Positions 39,617-51,559 of a stretch of DNA of 64,000 bases are shown here, one piece after another (position 1 is the first letter of the stretch; every line of letters begins with the position of its first letter). The DNA comes from Octopus vulgaris (lineage: Eukaryota). The stretch covers positions 95,542,001-95,606,000 of the forward strand of contig OX597819.1 in the NCBI GenBank assembly GCA_951406725.2, given 5' to 3'. The position numbers were made by a program, and so were the translations under genes. The notes under the pieces are model-generated. The model made no database searches and was not told the origin of the DNA. It saw nothing but the letters and a program-made list of their open reading frames with translations.

Positions 39617-40790
39617 ATTACAAGTAGCTTGAAGTATATAAACAAAGTCAAACACACATATAAGAGGTGTGTGCGTTGTTAGTTTGTTGGGCAGCTGCAT
39701 TTTTTTTTTTAGGCATAAGAGAATATAATCTCAATGCCCTTGGTGTAAAAACATCTGAAAGCAGGTCATAGCCAAGTGAGACAACTGTCACCGGATCCCT
39801 TTTTCCGCAGCAACAGACATTGATGTTTTGTCATTGTTCTGTATTGAGCAAGACGTCTGCTGTGAGCTGTCTAACTGGCATGTCCCAACATGTCATGTCA
39901 GAAAAAAAAATTAAAATATAAACTAGAAGCAGCTGAATGTATATAAACAGTCAAACAGATATACACAAGGTGTGGGTGTTGTTAGTTTGTCGGGCAGCTG
40001 TGTTCTTTTTAGTGTAAGGAATATAATCTCAACACCCTTGGCATAAAAGCACCTGAAAGCAGGCCATAGCCAAGTGAAACATCTCACATCAGATCCTTTT
40101 TTTCTTTTTCGCAGTGACAGACAGCAAAGTTTCATCATTGTTGTGACTTGTTAAAGCTGTGTACCCATCAAGGTCTGCTGTGAGCTGTCTAACCAGCTAT
40201 GACAACATTTAGCATATAATCATAGCCAGTTAGCTCACAGCAGACCTCTTGCTCAGTACATGGCATTGACAAATCACAATGGCAAAACATCGATGCCTTT
40301 CACCGTGAAAAAAACCCAGATTTGATGAGAGTTGTCTTACTTAGCTTTCAGGTGTTTTTACAAGAAGGGCATTGAGATTACAAATATTCTTACACTTAAA
40401 AAAAAAAAAGCCGCCCAACAAACTAACATACACACCTTGTGTGTGTTCAATTTTATGTACCTCAAGCTACTTCTAATTCCTGTTCTATGTTTGTCCATGG
40501 CATGACATGTTGGGATATGCCAGCAGATGGTTCTTAAACCATTTAGCATATAGTCATAGCCAGTTAGACAGCTCACTGCAGATCTCTTGCTTGGTACATG
40601 GCATTAACAAGTCACAATAATGATGAAACATCAATGTTTGTCGCTGTGAAAAAAGTTGATGCAAGTTGTCTCACTTGGCTATGACCTGCTATCAGGTGTT
40701 TTAACACCAAGGGCATTGAGATTATATGCAGCCACCTGGCAAACCAACAACACACACTCTGTGTATGTGTGTTTGACATATATATATGAG
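39617..40790. mobile_element. Nested fold-back elements (A> B> <C <D)
   Basis: Four diverged ~270-290-bp copies: 39617-39900 and 39922-40205 forward; 40208-40477 and 40490-40790 inverted. Confidence 0.85.
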
Positions 40791-41716
40791 AGATAATACA
40801 CATACCTATATACATAGATATCCCTATCTATGAATAACTATACTTGTATCTATTTATAAATAAACATGTTTCACATTCTCGAAGGTTCTAAATTCTTTTG
40901 ATGTCAACAACAAACAATTCTCATTGCTAAGTTTCTAAAATGGATCAAGAAACTGTCAATGGTTGAATTCCAGTCATGTTTACAGATGTGGGATCAAGTC
41001 CCACAGAGAGCCTTTGACATTTTGTTTTCATCCAATTCTGTTTTTTTAACCCAATATTTACACACTATTATTTATAGCTTTATTTGCTTCGAGATTCATC
41101 ATTTCCAAAAATTATACATGCATTTATTTATGAATAAATATATAGATCAGTGGATGAATATAAAAAAAAAAAAGATTTCTAATTGAGGTATAAACCAGCA
41201 ATTTTGAGAGCAGGAATAGTGAATACCATCAACGGCAGAATATGACTGGTACTATATTTTATTAACTCTGAAAGAGTTAAGTTGACATCAGTGGAATTTG
41301 AACTCAGAATGTATAGCATATACTGCAAAGCACTTTTCTGACATTAAGCATTCTCCCAATCCGCCACTAATAATAATGAAAGTAGACTAAACAAAACATA
41401 AGAAAATGGAGTAAGGTTTGAAGCAAAAACTATGCTATCAAATGAACAATGATAAACCTACAAGCAGACAGGTCAAACACACAGATTTTACGAAATATTA
41501 GCTCATGAGCCACTTCTATATATTTTGGTAAATATTATTTTAGCAGATGTTAAAAAAATTTTTTTTTAATACATTTCTGTATCATATTAGTAAACATTTC
41601 AATATTGCAGGTTATTGAAAATAACACTGATAATAATATCACATTAGATTTAGAAATATATACGAAAAAATAAAATTCCTTGGGGAAAGCCAGCATATAA
41701 AAAATAGACAGCTAGT

Positions 41717-41753
41717 GAGTTCTGCTCAACATCACTGGCTGAGGACAGAACCC
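41717..41753 (-). promoter_or_regulatory. IRE-like RNA hairpin, copy at 41.7 kb
   Basis: GGGTTCTGT-CC-TCAGC-CAGTGAT-GTTGA-GCAGAACTC. Confidence 0.6.
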
Positions 41754-43137
41754 CCTTCCCTAGATGGCAACTGGTCACTTCTATCAATAGAGATCTTATG
41801 AAGAAATAACATCAATAATGAATAATAGCAGCAGCAGTAGTGCATAAGTAACAATACAAGATTTTATGTTGCAAGGATATTTAGAAAACTGAAAAGAGCC
41901 ACACAGTGGATAAACAGATAGTGACAAACTATTATCTGAAGATATTTAGAAGTTCAATGTGTTACAAGCCAAGTGAAAACCCACTTCCCCCAAACCATCT
42001 CGTTACATTTACCAAAAGGTAGATCAGATCTGAAAAACAGGAGATGACCTTTTAAATTAGAGTAGAAACATTCATGTAGATAAGTGAATCTATGATGCTG
42101 TAATTACAATAAATTTGGGACATAATCCTAAAGGTGAGTTGAAAATGAGAATTGAAGAGAGAACTGAGCACCCATAAGAGTGGATCAAGTAGTTGAAACC
42201 ACCATTATAAAAGAACCAATAATAAGTAGCTTTTATATACAATATTCATTATTTAGGGAATCTAACTAGGTGAATTTGAATCTCAGTGAAAGAAATACAA
42301 ATGACAATGTTTTACAAACAGATTAGTTACCTACATTCTCTTGCAAAGTTTATTATTCTTCACTTTAAAATAAGCCACATACAGCTTTAATTTAATTTTT
42401 TTTATCAAGCAAGAATTATCTTTCAGGCCTTCATAGGTTTTTTTCTTTTTTATTCTTAGTTATAATGTATAATTAAGTTACATAGTTATAATTAAATGAC
42501 AAGCAGAGTCACATGATTCTTTTAGTCTCAATAAAAAGTTTAAAGCTACTATTATGTCTCTAAATGAATACCCATAAATTTGACATTACTTACAGTAATA
42601 TTGTGATGGATGAATATTGTGTGTGTATATTACATATATATATATAATAATAGTGTGTGTGTGCACGCGCACAACATTCATAACTGAAATAACCAGCATT
42701 TTTAATGAGAGGAGACTAAATTAGACAAATTATTAAGAAAAAGCTATCTTATTTTTCAGAACTGATCAAATCTGTAGACATCGTCTAAAGAAAAATGCTG
42801 AAGTCTTGCTAGTTCAGTAAATCTAACTGTAACACAATATTGAAAACAGTTGAGGAACTGAATAATTAGCAATATTTTTTTCCCTTCTTCTTTTATTCAT
42901 CACATCATTAAAGATTAGGTCTTTGAATTTGATTGTGCTTTATTGCTAATAATATCTGTTAATTCTTTCCTTTCATTATAGTTATCTAGGATTCATTAAC
43001 ATATTAATGATCTGCTTGATTTACAGTGGGAATTTGAGATAAATTTCACTTCACTCTTAAACTAAATTTATAACTGTAAATGGAATTAATCAGTGTCCAC
43101 TGAGATATTCATTTGGTGATGGTAGTCTGTACTCAAT

Positions 43138-43945
43138 AGGTGCAGGAGTGGCTGTGTGGTAAGTAGCTTACTAACCAACCACATGGTTCCGGGTTCAGTC
43201 CCACTGCGTGGCATCTTGGGCAAGTGTCTTCTGCTATAGCCCCGGGCCGACCAATACCTTGTGAATGGATTTGGTAGACGGAAACTGAAAGAAGCTTGTC
43301 GTATATATGTATGTATGTATATCATCATCATCATCGTTTAGCGTCCGCTTTCCATGCTAGCATGGGTTGGACGATTCAACTGGGGTCTGGGAAGCCAGAA
43401 GGCTGCACCAGGCCCAGTTTGATCTGGCAATGTTTCTACGGCTGGATGCCCTTCCTAACGCCAACCACTCCATGAGTGTAGTGGGTGCTTTTTACGTGCC
43501 ACCGGCACAGGTGCCAGACAAGTCTGGCAAATGGCCACGATCGGATGGTGCTTTTTATGTGCCACCGGCACGGGAGCCAGGCGAGGCTGGCAACGGCCAC
43601 GAACGGATGGTGCTTTTTACGTGCCACCGGCACGAGGCCAGTCAAAGTGGCGCTGGCAACGGCCACATTCGGATGATGCTCTTACATGCCACCGGCACTG
43701 GTAACTCAGCTGCAATTTCCATTCATATATATATATGTATGTGTGTGTGTGTGTTTGTCCTAGCATTGCTTGACAACTGATGCTGGTGCGTTTACGTTCC
43801 CGTCACTTAGCGGTTCGGCAAAGGAGACCGATAGAATAAGTACTGGGCTTACAAAGAATAAGCCCCAGGGTCGATTTGCTCGACTAAAGGCGGTGCTCCA
43901 GCATGGCCGCAGTCAAATGACTGAACCAAGTAAAAGAGAGTACTC
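43138..43945 (+). mobile_element. tRNA-derived SINE interrupted by an RTE 3' fragment (43322-43720, -)
   Basis: A box TGGCTGTGTGG, B box GGTTCAGTCC; the SINE 3' half resumes at ~43750. Confidence 0.88.
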
Positions 43946-44934
43946 AATAAACATTACATAGGATGGACTGTTATGCATCCAACCATCACCTAATAAATAT
44001 CAACATGTAGTATAGCTGCAACTAAAACCAAGAGAAAAAAATTTGGATTTTTGAATTCAAGTAACTAATTTTTTTTGAATATTCTATTTATAATATAACC
44101 AAACACTAAGTTGCCGACTATATTTATGTACTTTTCTTTTCTTCTAATAGAATACGATATGTAATAATTTGAATGAGGCAAATAAAATATTTGTGGCTTA
44201 CAAATAAAAACATAGCTAATTGTGTTCACAAGAGACCAAATCCTCTCTAATCTCCATTATTTATATTGTCCAAAACTTGCTGTCAGCCGACCACACTAAA
44301 GATATTTCCATTGCTTGTATAAATTTAAAGAAGGGCAGGGATATCTACAATCTCAGTTGAACAAAATCTTCCAACCCCTTATATTACATACATAGGTCCT
44401 TTTGTATTAGTATTTATTATGTTAAACATTCTCCTGTAACACTTTTCCCTTAGCAAAAACAAATGGTCTACTTTAAAAACTTTTAAAATTAGTTGCTGAT
44501 TGTTAGTTAAAGAAAAAAATGTATTGAAGACTTACTAAAGCTGCTGCTATTATAGGTATTATTATTTTAATGTTATTTTAGGCTTATTTTTCTTATATTT
44601 CAAATTGTGATTAATATAGTTAAATTACTTCCAGCAATCCTGGAAGTAATAAAACAAATTTTTTGCTTCAGAAAACATCAGATTTATATTTTTTGTAAGT
44701 TTTTTTTTTGTGTAATAGGAATTAATTGAGATTCTACAATTTTTTTAATGAGATTCTACTGATCTAAAGTATAAATTTTTCAGTAAAAAAAAAAAAAAAA
44801 TCCGTAATAACAAATAAACAAAAACAAGTTAATCTTCTCAGTTATTGTTCTCAAAATTATCCTCTAAACCTATCTGAAAATATTATTTATAGCAGAGAAA
44901 ATAAGAGTATTAATGCAATAGAATTCTTGATGTT

Positions 44935-44967
44935 TCCTGTTCAACAAAACACTGGTTGACACAAGGA
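44935..44967 (-). promoter_or_regulatory. IRE-like RNA hairpin, copy at 44.9 kb
   Basis: TCCTTGT-G-TCAAC-CAGTGTTTT-GTTGA-ACAGGA (enlarged loop). Confidence 0.5.
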
Positions 44968-45246
44968 TAGCCATTAGTATATAAGGGGGCATCTAATCCC
45001 TCTTTAATCAAAAGGGGGAAAAAATGATAAAATAAAAATAATATATAAAAAATAATACATTGTTATCAAAAAAAAAAAAACAATAAATATATGAAAATGT
45101 AATGAAATATGAATGTGTGATGTTAATGTTTTTGTGCCTGTTTGAATCCAAAAAAGAAAAAATCCAACATAACATGCACAGAAATTTTTTTCATAATGTG
45201 TCTGTATAAAAAAGATTATTACAATGATATATTATAAAGTATCACA

Positions 45247-45283
45247 GATGCTGCTCAGCTCACTGGCTGTGGTCAGCTGTATC
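45247..45283 (-). promoter_or_regulatory. IRE-like RNA hairpin, copy at 45.3 kb
   Basis: GATACAGCTGAC-C-ACAGC-CAGTGA-GCTGA-GCAGCATC with one A.A mismatch; basal stem AGTATC/GATACT. Confidence 0.55.
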
Positions 45284-48200
45284 AAGAGATACTGACTAAA
45301 CATCTGAACAGAAAAGGAGAAATCTTTAAACAACCCAGTAACGTGAAAATTGAGCTAGCTAATGCTTTATTCAGCATAGTAGCAAGACCATGTTTTTATT
45401 GCAAGTTTCTGACAACACATGTAGAGACAGTGTTCATTAGGAATCCACAGCTGTACCAACACAAAACTAATTTAGATTTGTGCTATCAATTTATATTCAC
45501 TGAACATATTTTATTACTCCTAGAGAAGGTTAAAAAAAAAAAAAAAGGAACCACGTACCAACGTCCAATACTACCATTTCACTTTCATCATTGACAATAA
45601 TAATTATTATTTCTTTGACACAAACTACAAATTTAGCCACATAACCCCTTTCTCAAAAACAAGTCTTCAGATTTTGTTTTGAATACCAGGTTTTTATTAT
45701 TATTTTTTATTTTTAAAGAAAGATAAAAGTTCATTAATAAAAACTAATCTCAATCCAATGCTTTTAATTACATGGATATAGATTAAAATTTTGTAACACA
45801 GCTGTATTCGATTCCAAAATAATTCAAGTAATGTGTATTCAAAAATGAAAGAAATTAGTTTATTTATTTTTTTTTTTTTGTAGATTATAAATCTGATATT
45901 CAGAACACTAAAATGCTGAAGTGATTTGTTTTTTATTTATTAAAGGATTACTGAAAAAGTTGAAAAGCTGAGGATCCATACTTCAATAAGTGGCCAAATT
46001 TATAGGGAGGTAGTATGGTTATTCAATTGCTGGTGTGATTTTACTGACAAGGCTCACTAAAATTTAACAGTATTTTAATCAACATGAGATCTAAATACAA
46101 GGTATTTTGCCCAACTTGTTACTGCCAAAATATCAAAGATTTCTCCAATCCTGCACAGATGAACACATTCAGTGATAAATTTTTACACACCAACATTTAT
46201 TTTATTATTTCTTAATTGTATAAAAGAAGCATGAATAACAATCATCCAATGTATTTAACTCACTTGTATGCGAGTTATGTGTATGTATAAATTAAACTGT
46301 CATAACTGCATATAATAGACATAAATTAATACACAAACCTGTGTATGCATGATATATACATGCTAATACACTCTGTATGTGATCTTATTTTATATACAAT
46401 CCCGAATTAGATGACAGACAGACAAATGAATATGTAACATAATTAGTCATGAAAATATTTTAGAAAAGTAGAACACTGACGTAAAGAAAAAAACTATAAT
46501 TTTAAAATAAATTTAATAATAGGATATCTAAGTCAAATAAAGCAAACTTTATATTTTTAATATTTACCATAAGTAAGTATAAACATTGCTGTATGTTTTC
46601 TTTTGGAACTAGAATGCTATTAATTAGGAAAGGTAATTAAATATTAGCACTTTAGAGCTTCAAAGAAAAGTCTCTAAATGTAACTGAAATAATCAGAAGC
46701 TCTTACTGTAAAGTAAGCAAAGATTATAGGCTTATATATAGAAATAATAAAAATGGGGTCATGCAACCATCAGGAAATTATCTAAGTTCAATATGCAGAA
46801 AACAAGTAGATAGAAATTCGTTAATGCATCTAGTGTAAGCTATGGACATACAAAAGGTATAGTGAGATCACAGATAGGCTAACAGAAAGTTCATTTCATT
46901 TGTGCAAGATATACAGGCACAGTAAGCACTAAGAGCACAAGTAAAATTTATTATACCTGAACATTTCCCTAGAAGCAGTTGAAAGCTTTTGTTACTAAGG
47001 TGACATAATTTGCAGTGGCTTTTAGAGTATGCACTCTAAAAGCATAGTAACCATAGTAAGAACAGGTAGCAATGCTAGTCCACATGAAAGATAGAATACA
47101 AATAGTAATAGTTGACAAATAAACAAAAGCAACATAGGGTTGAGAAGGTCCTTAATCTGACCAAGGATATGAACTTCTTTAACGTTTATTTTACAATAGA
47201 ATGCACCCAGTACACACTGAAGTTGGTGCTAAGGGCACCCAGTCAAAGAAACCATGCCAAAAGTGGAATGTACAAATAAGAATTTGGTCTTCCAACCTGT
47301 CAAAGAGGACAATAATTGAATAAGTACCGACTCGGTAACTCAGACTATAACAACTTGTCAAAATTATGGTAATATGGAAAACAGATGTAAAAGAATGATT
47401 TTGACAACAACGATGCATCTAAAATTTTTCACTAAATTTAGTGATCTTACCTCTTGATGCTGTTTGACAACTGATATTTTGTGAATATTTATGTCATAGG
47501 CACAAGATCTCGAATTGAAAAGATACAAAGAAAATGAGACTGACATATATGCTTTTTTCTAGAGCAGTACAAATGACACAAAAATGATTACAATTTAAAA
47601 TCAAAACTCAATTTGAGAAGTCAGCTTAGTGGTTAGGGACTAACTGCTACTGTATATGGCACTCTGAAAATTAGAAGCAATGTGATAAATAACTGAACAA
47701 AGAATCAAATGTTAGAATTCTATTATCCTGAATATATTGTTTTACAACCACTAGACCTACACACTTATTCCAGTTTTATTAGCTAAATTCATACATATTA
47801 CATCTGTTCATCTGCACTTTAACATCTTACTATTTTTAATTTAATTACTTTTTTTTTCATCATCAAAAGATTAAATTATCTGAATAAAACTAGTTAAAAT
47901 AAAGCATGAAGTAAAATATATATATATATATATATATATAAATCCAAATATTTTAGGTTTCAAGATAGAGAAACTGAATAAGATTTGCCTGTCTGTCTAT
48001 CTGTCTGAGGAAATGTATAATTTTTTTCTTACACCGGGGATGAATTTTTTCAAGTTTATCACAAATTGAATAATTAAATGCTTCAGTTGCATATAATGGA
48101 CATAAACAAAGAAATAATAAAAATAACATGCAGGCAATGCTACCAATAAATAGTTTTTAAATAAATAAAATCAAACTAATTTGGGTAAATAAATTTTGAG

Positions 48201-48589
48201 AACTTTTTGAGGGTGTTCTTAAAGTTTAAAAAAATGATAAATATCAAACTAGAAATGAAAGATCAAGTGAAGCTCTTTCACTTCCTAGGTATATTAGTCT
48301 AAAACAAGTCAAAATGAAGTAGGGTTTATCAAAAGATACAGTTGGGCTAAACTGTCCACAATCTTTTGCTAAAAGTATTCCTTTCTCATGAAAAGTATAC
48401 TTTTAGTTAGAAAAGAGTAGTTATATTTATTTCTGGTCAAGATTCTTTACTGAAGCTGTAACTTGAAAAGTTTTAAGTGCTGCCAAATTATAAACAATAG
48501 AAACTGTTATAGATTTCATAGTGCAAAAACTTTTTAGATGTGTTTCAGAAGTTGTCATTAAATAATATATTTAAAAAAAATATTTTAAC

Positions 48590-50110
48590 TGTTACGACTG
48601 AAAGAAGATAAAAGTGTCCATGATTTTAGCAGTCCTTCTGACAGCAGCGAGACCGATGCCATTAATGTCATCCTGGAACCATTGCACTTTTGAGAAGGAC
48701 ATGAGCAAAGATAGGAAGGAAGGAGTAGGCAGACTTAATGTATGTAACTTGGGCAGTTGGACACAACATGAGTGATGAAAGGAGAGACTAGTGCCTTAGA
48801 GTAGGTGGCATAAGGTCAATCAGATCTGAGGAACAGAGACCATAATAGTAGCTAAAAAGAAGAGAAGCAACAACATGCCTATGGGCCAGAGGCTAGAATG
48901 TGTCTATGAGAGGTGGTTTTTCTCTGGGTGTAGTGTAAGATGTCTGTGTGTATAGGAGTAGCACCATCCTAGATGTGGGAGGAATACTCCATTGTGGCTC
49001 CCTTGAGCTTTGAAGACTATCACCAGGAATTACAACCGTGTTTCGTGGTCTGCTACCACAACCGCTTCATAGGATCCAGTTAGCTCAAGACATCATCAGG
49101 AGGAACCACGTCCGGTTTCGGCCCCTATTCCTCTACCGTTTTGACGTGGCGGCCCCCCCCCCCTTTCGGAGGTGTCTTCAGCTCTGGTGTTGGGTGCATG
49201 TCTTCTTTCTTCTGTTCCCTGGCCTCTTTGATGTATCGTCAGCGAGTGTCAGCCGGTGACTGACTGACTTGTCAAACTTTTCCCTTTAAATACCTGCCGC
49301 TAGGCTCCAGCAGGCAGCCCCAGCAAGTTGTCATGTGACACTGTCTCACCTTAACTGACAAGTGAAGGCGCGTAGTTTTAGCCAGCGCATTCTCTAAATG
49401 ACCGTCACCTGTCAGTCAGCGAAGTTGATTCAGTGTCAGCTTGTCTCACCTAATGATGTTATTTCCTGCTGGCATGTTATGATTTTCAAGCCATTTTCGA
49501 TCTTCCCGCTTCAGCCATATATAGAAGTTGGCTTTTTCGACCGCCTCCTGTATTCTCCTTACTAAAGACTGGCCTTGAAGAGAAGGCCAGTTATTAGTAA
49601 TTGGTTCTAACTATTCATTGTTAGTGAGGCCTAACATTTAAAGTATCAGAACTCTAGTTGACAGCTACTCATGTTTCCTTCCTTTTGGGGGGTGGGGGGT
49701 TATATGATTAGTGCTTGTACCCTTTTTTTGCTGCTGATAACGACAAAATTGACATGGCCCCACTGGGGGATGCTGTCAAGGAATCAGTACAGCTTTGCTG
49801 TGTGGCATCTAAGATTCATGTAGGTAATGCACAGTTGAGAAACATTAGGGAGGAACAAAGGGTAGTACCTAAGAGTGGGAATTATTGGATGTGATAGCAA
49901 ACAATGGTAAGTCATTATTGCTGAAATCTAAGCAAGAGAAGTGAGTGATAGAGATGGGTAGTCTATGATTGCACAAACACTACCTTTTTGGATAGAAATT
50001 TAAACAGAGTATAACCTGGATAGGGGAGATAGATTAAATACAGGTTGAGAAATTGGTATCACTCATTTCTTGTAAGCAACAGGTAAGGCATTGCATCTGG
50101 GTTGGATTTG
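48590..50110 (-). mobile_element. Degenerate Jockey/CR1-group LINE interrupted by a GC-rich unclassified insert (~49030-49700)
   Basis: PLAHRHVVASL..YYYGLCSSDL C-terminal motif at ~48810-48900; the continuation above 49740 is less clear. Confidence 0.6.
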
Positions 50111-50378
50111 AGAAAAGGAAACAATGGAGCAGAGGGCTTAGTTCTATTTTTTCTTTTTTTTGCATCCTAGAGAATTATAAAAGAGTGACAGTGCATGGAT
50201 AGGTCTCAGTAACCTGCTGTCAGAAGTTTGATTGAAACACCTGAAAAAGAAAGGTACATCATATGATGTGCCCACTACTGTCATCAAAAAGACAGATCTT
50301 TTATGCCAAACAGGACAAGTTCAGAAAACACATCCTTGAGAAATGTAAAAAAGAAAGTCATAAGTAATGGCTAAGATT

Positions 50379-51559
50379 CTACTCACATGCTCCTGTGTAG
50401 GTTGGACTTTTAAATTGTTCAAATATCCCATGAGTAATAAAATTATTTAAAATGCTTAGCGGACAGAGATTTGAGAATGAAGCTGCAGTATTCTTACAAG
50501 AGAGCACTTTATTTGTTAAGTCTTCACCATTAAAAAGGATACGGAAAAATTTTGAGCCTTCACTATTAGCATAAACTTCAAAAATGAAATGACTGACTGA
50601 CACAGGCCTTTCAGTAATTGTGAGCCCCAGAGTTCGAAGCAAATACAATAGGAAAGAAAGCTTGGAGGAATATGTATGGAAAAATATTTTACTATTGTGG
50701 ATACTTTCCATAATTCCCTGCAAAGCTGGAAATGTAGACAACTTTGAAATTTCGGTAAACAGGGGGTTTACAATGAGATTTTTGAAGTAGCTGTCAGTCA
50801 TTCTGACAGTTTCTGTTAACCCCTTGGGTGTAATTCTTATGCAAGGTTTATCCTTATGACAAACAGGAGAGATTTTATTGCACAAGTAAGATAAAGTAGA
50901 CTGAAGAATTTCCAATGAAGAAGATTTAATAATATCTGTAGAATTAAAAAGGCTAACTAAACGTTTGGTGGATGGATGAGCTTCTTTAAAGATAAACTGA
51001 CCAGAATTTATAGCATTTTCAACTTGTGAAGAATGCATATTTAATTTAGGACAATTAAGATGTTTATTCATGGACCTAGAAGCAAAATCTGGAAGAGATT
51101 TACCAACATGTATACGACTAAATTGTTTCTGTGTAAGAAAGCCAACTGCAAAAGCAAGAGAATTTTGGTACTGAAGTTTTTCTGGAATGGTCTGTATGGT
51201 AAACAACTTTTCAGGAGATGTATTCTTCAGCCTATGACTATAAACTTCTCTCAAAAATTCACCATGCTCAATTTGTTGAAGGATTCCAAAAGGTGTAAGG
51301 TCTCCTAAAAAGCAAACAGGTTTTCTAGATGTTGGTGGGAATATTTTTAAACTACTGGGTCTTTTTTGAAGCTTCTTGTATAAAGAAATACTCTCTTCAA
51401 ATAACCTTACTTTAGGATTATTTGATAAGGGATTTGTTATCATACAGGTAATCATTGGTGATCTGAGTGCAGGTAATTCTTCTGGTAGAGTTTGTCCAGA
51501 ACTGAAGAAAGTATGAACTTGAACAAGTTTGTAGCCAGAAAAAAGCCTGTTGAAATTAC
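50379..51559 (-). CDS. PXYLP1-like (2-phosphoxylose phosphatase / histidine acid phosphatase fold), coding exon 3; catalytic motifs degenerate
   Basis: Acceptor tcaaatatag| in phase 1; GYKLVQVHTFF, GDLTPFGILQQIEHGEFLREVY, FFRILFNGEDLT, LCPL, terminal YTGAC. Confidence 0.88.

Noticed and set aside
38945-45270. Plus-strand Smaug recognition elements (CUGGC/CUGGU loops) at the same sites
   Set aside because: Only 2-3 bp close such loops, and the G-U pairs favour the minus-strand fold
37619-45293. The hairpin family as a miRNA cluster (superficial miR-2-like CAGCCAG)
   Set aside because: Continuous stems are too short, and conservation centres on the loop and upper stem rather than a 22-nt arm
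49030-49700. LTR retrotransposon or solo LTR
   Set aside because: A G-rich tract is present, but no paired TG..CA ends, TSD or coding motifs could be identified
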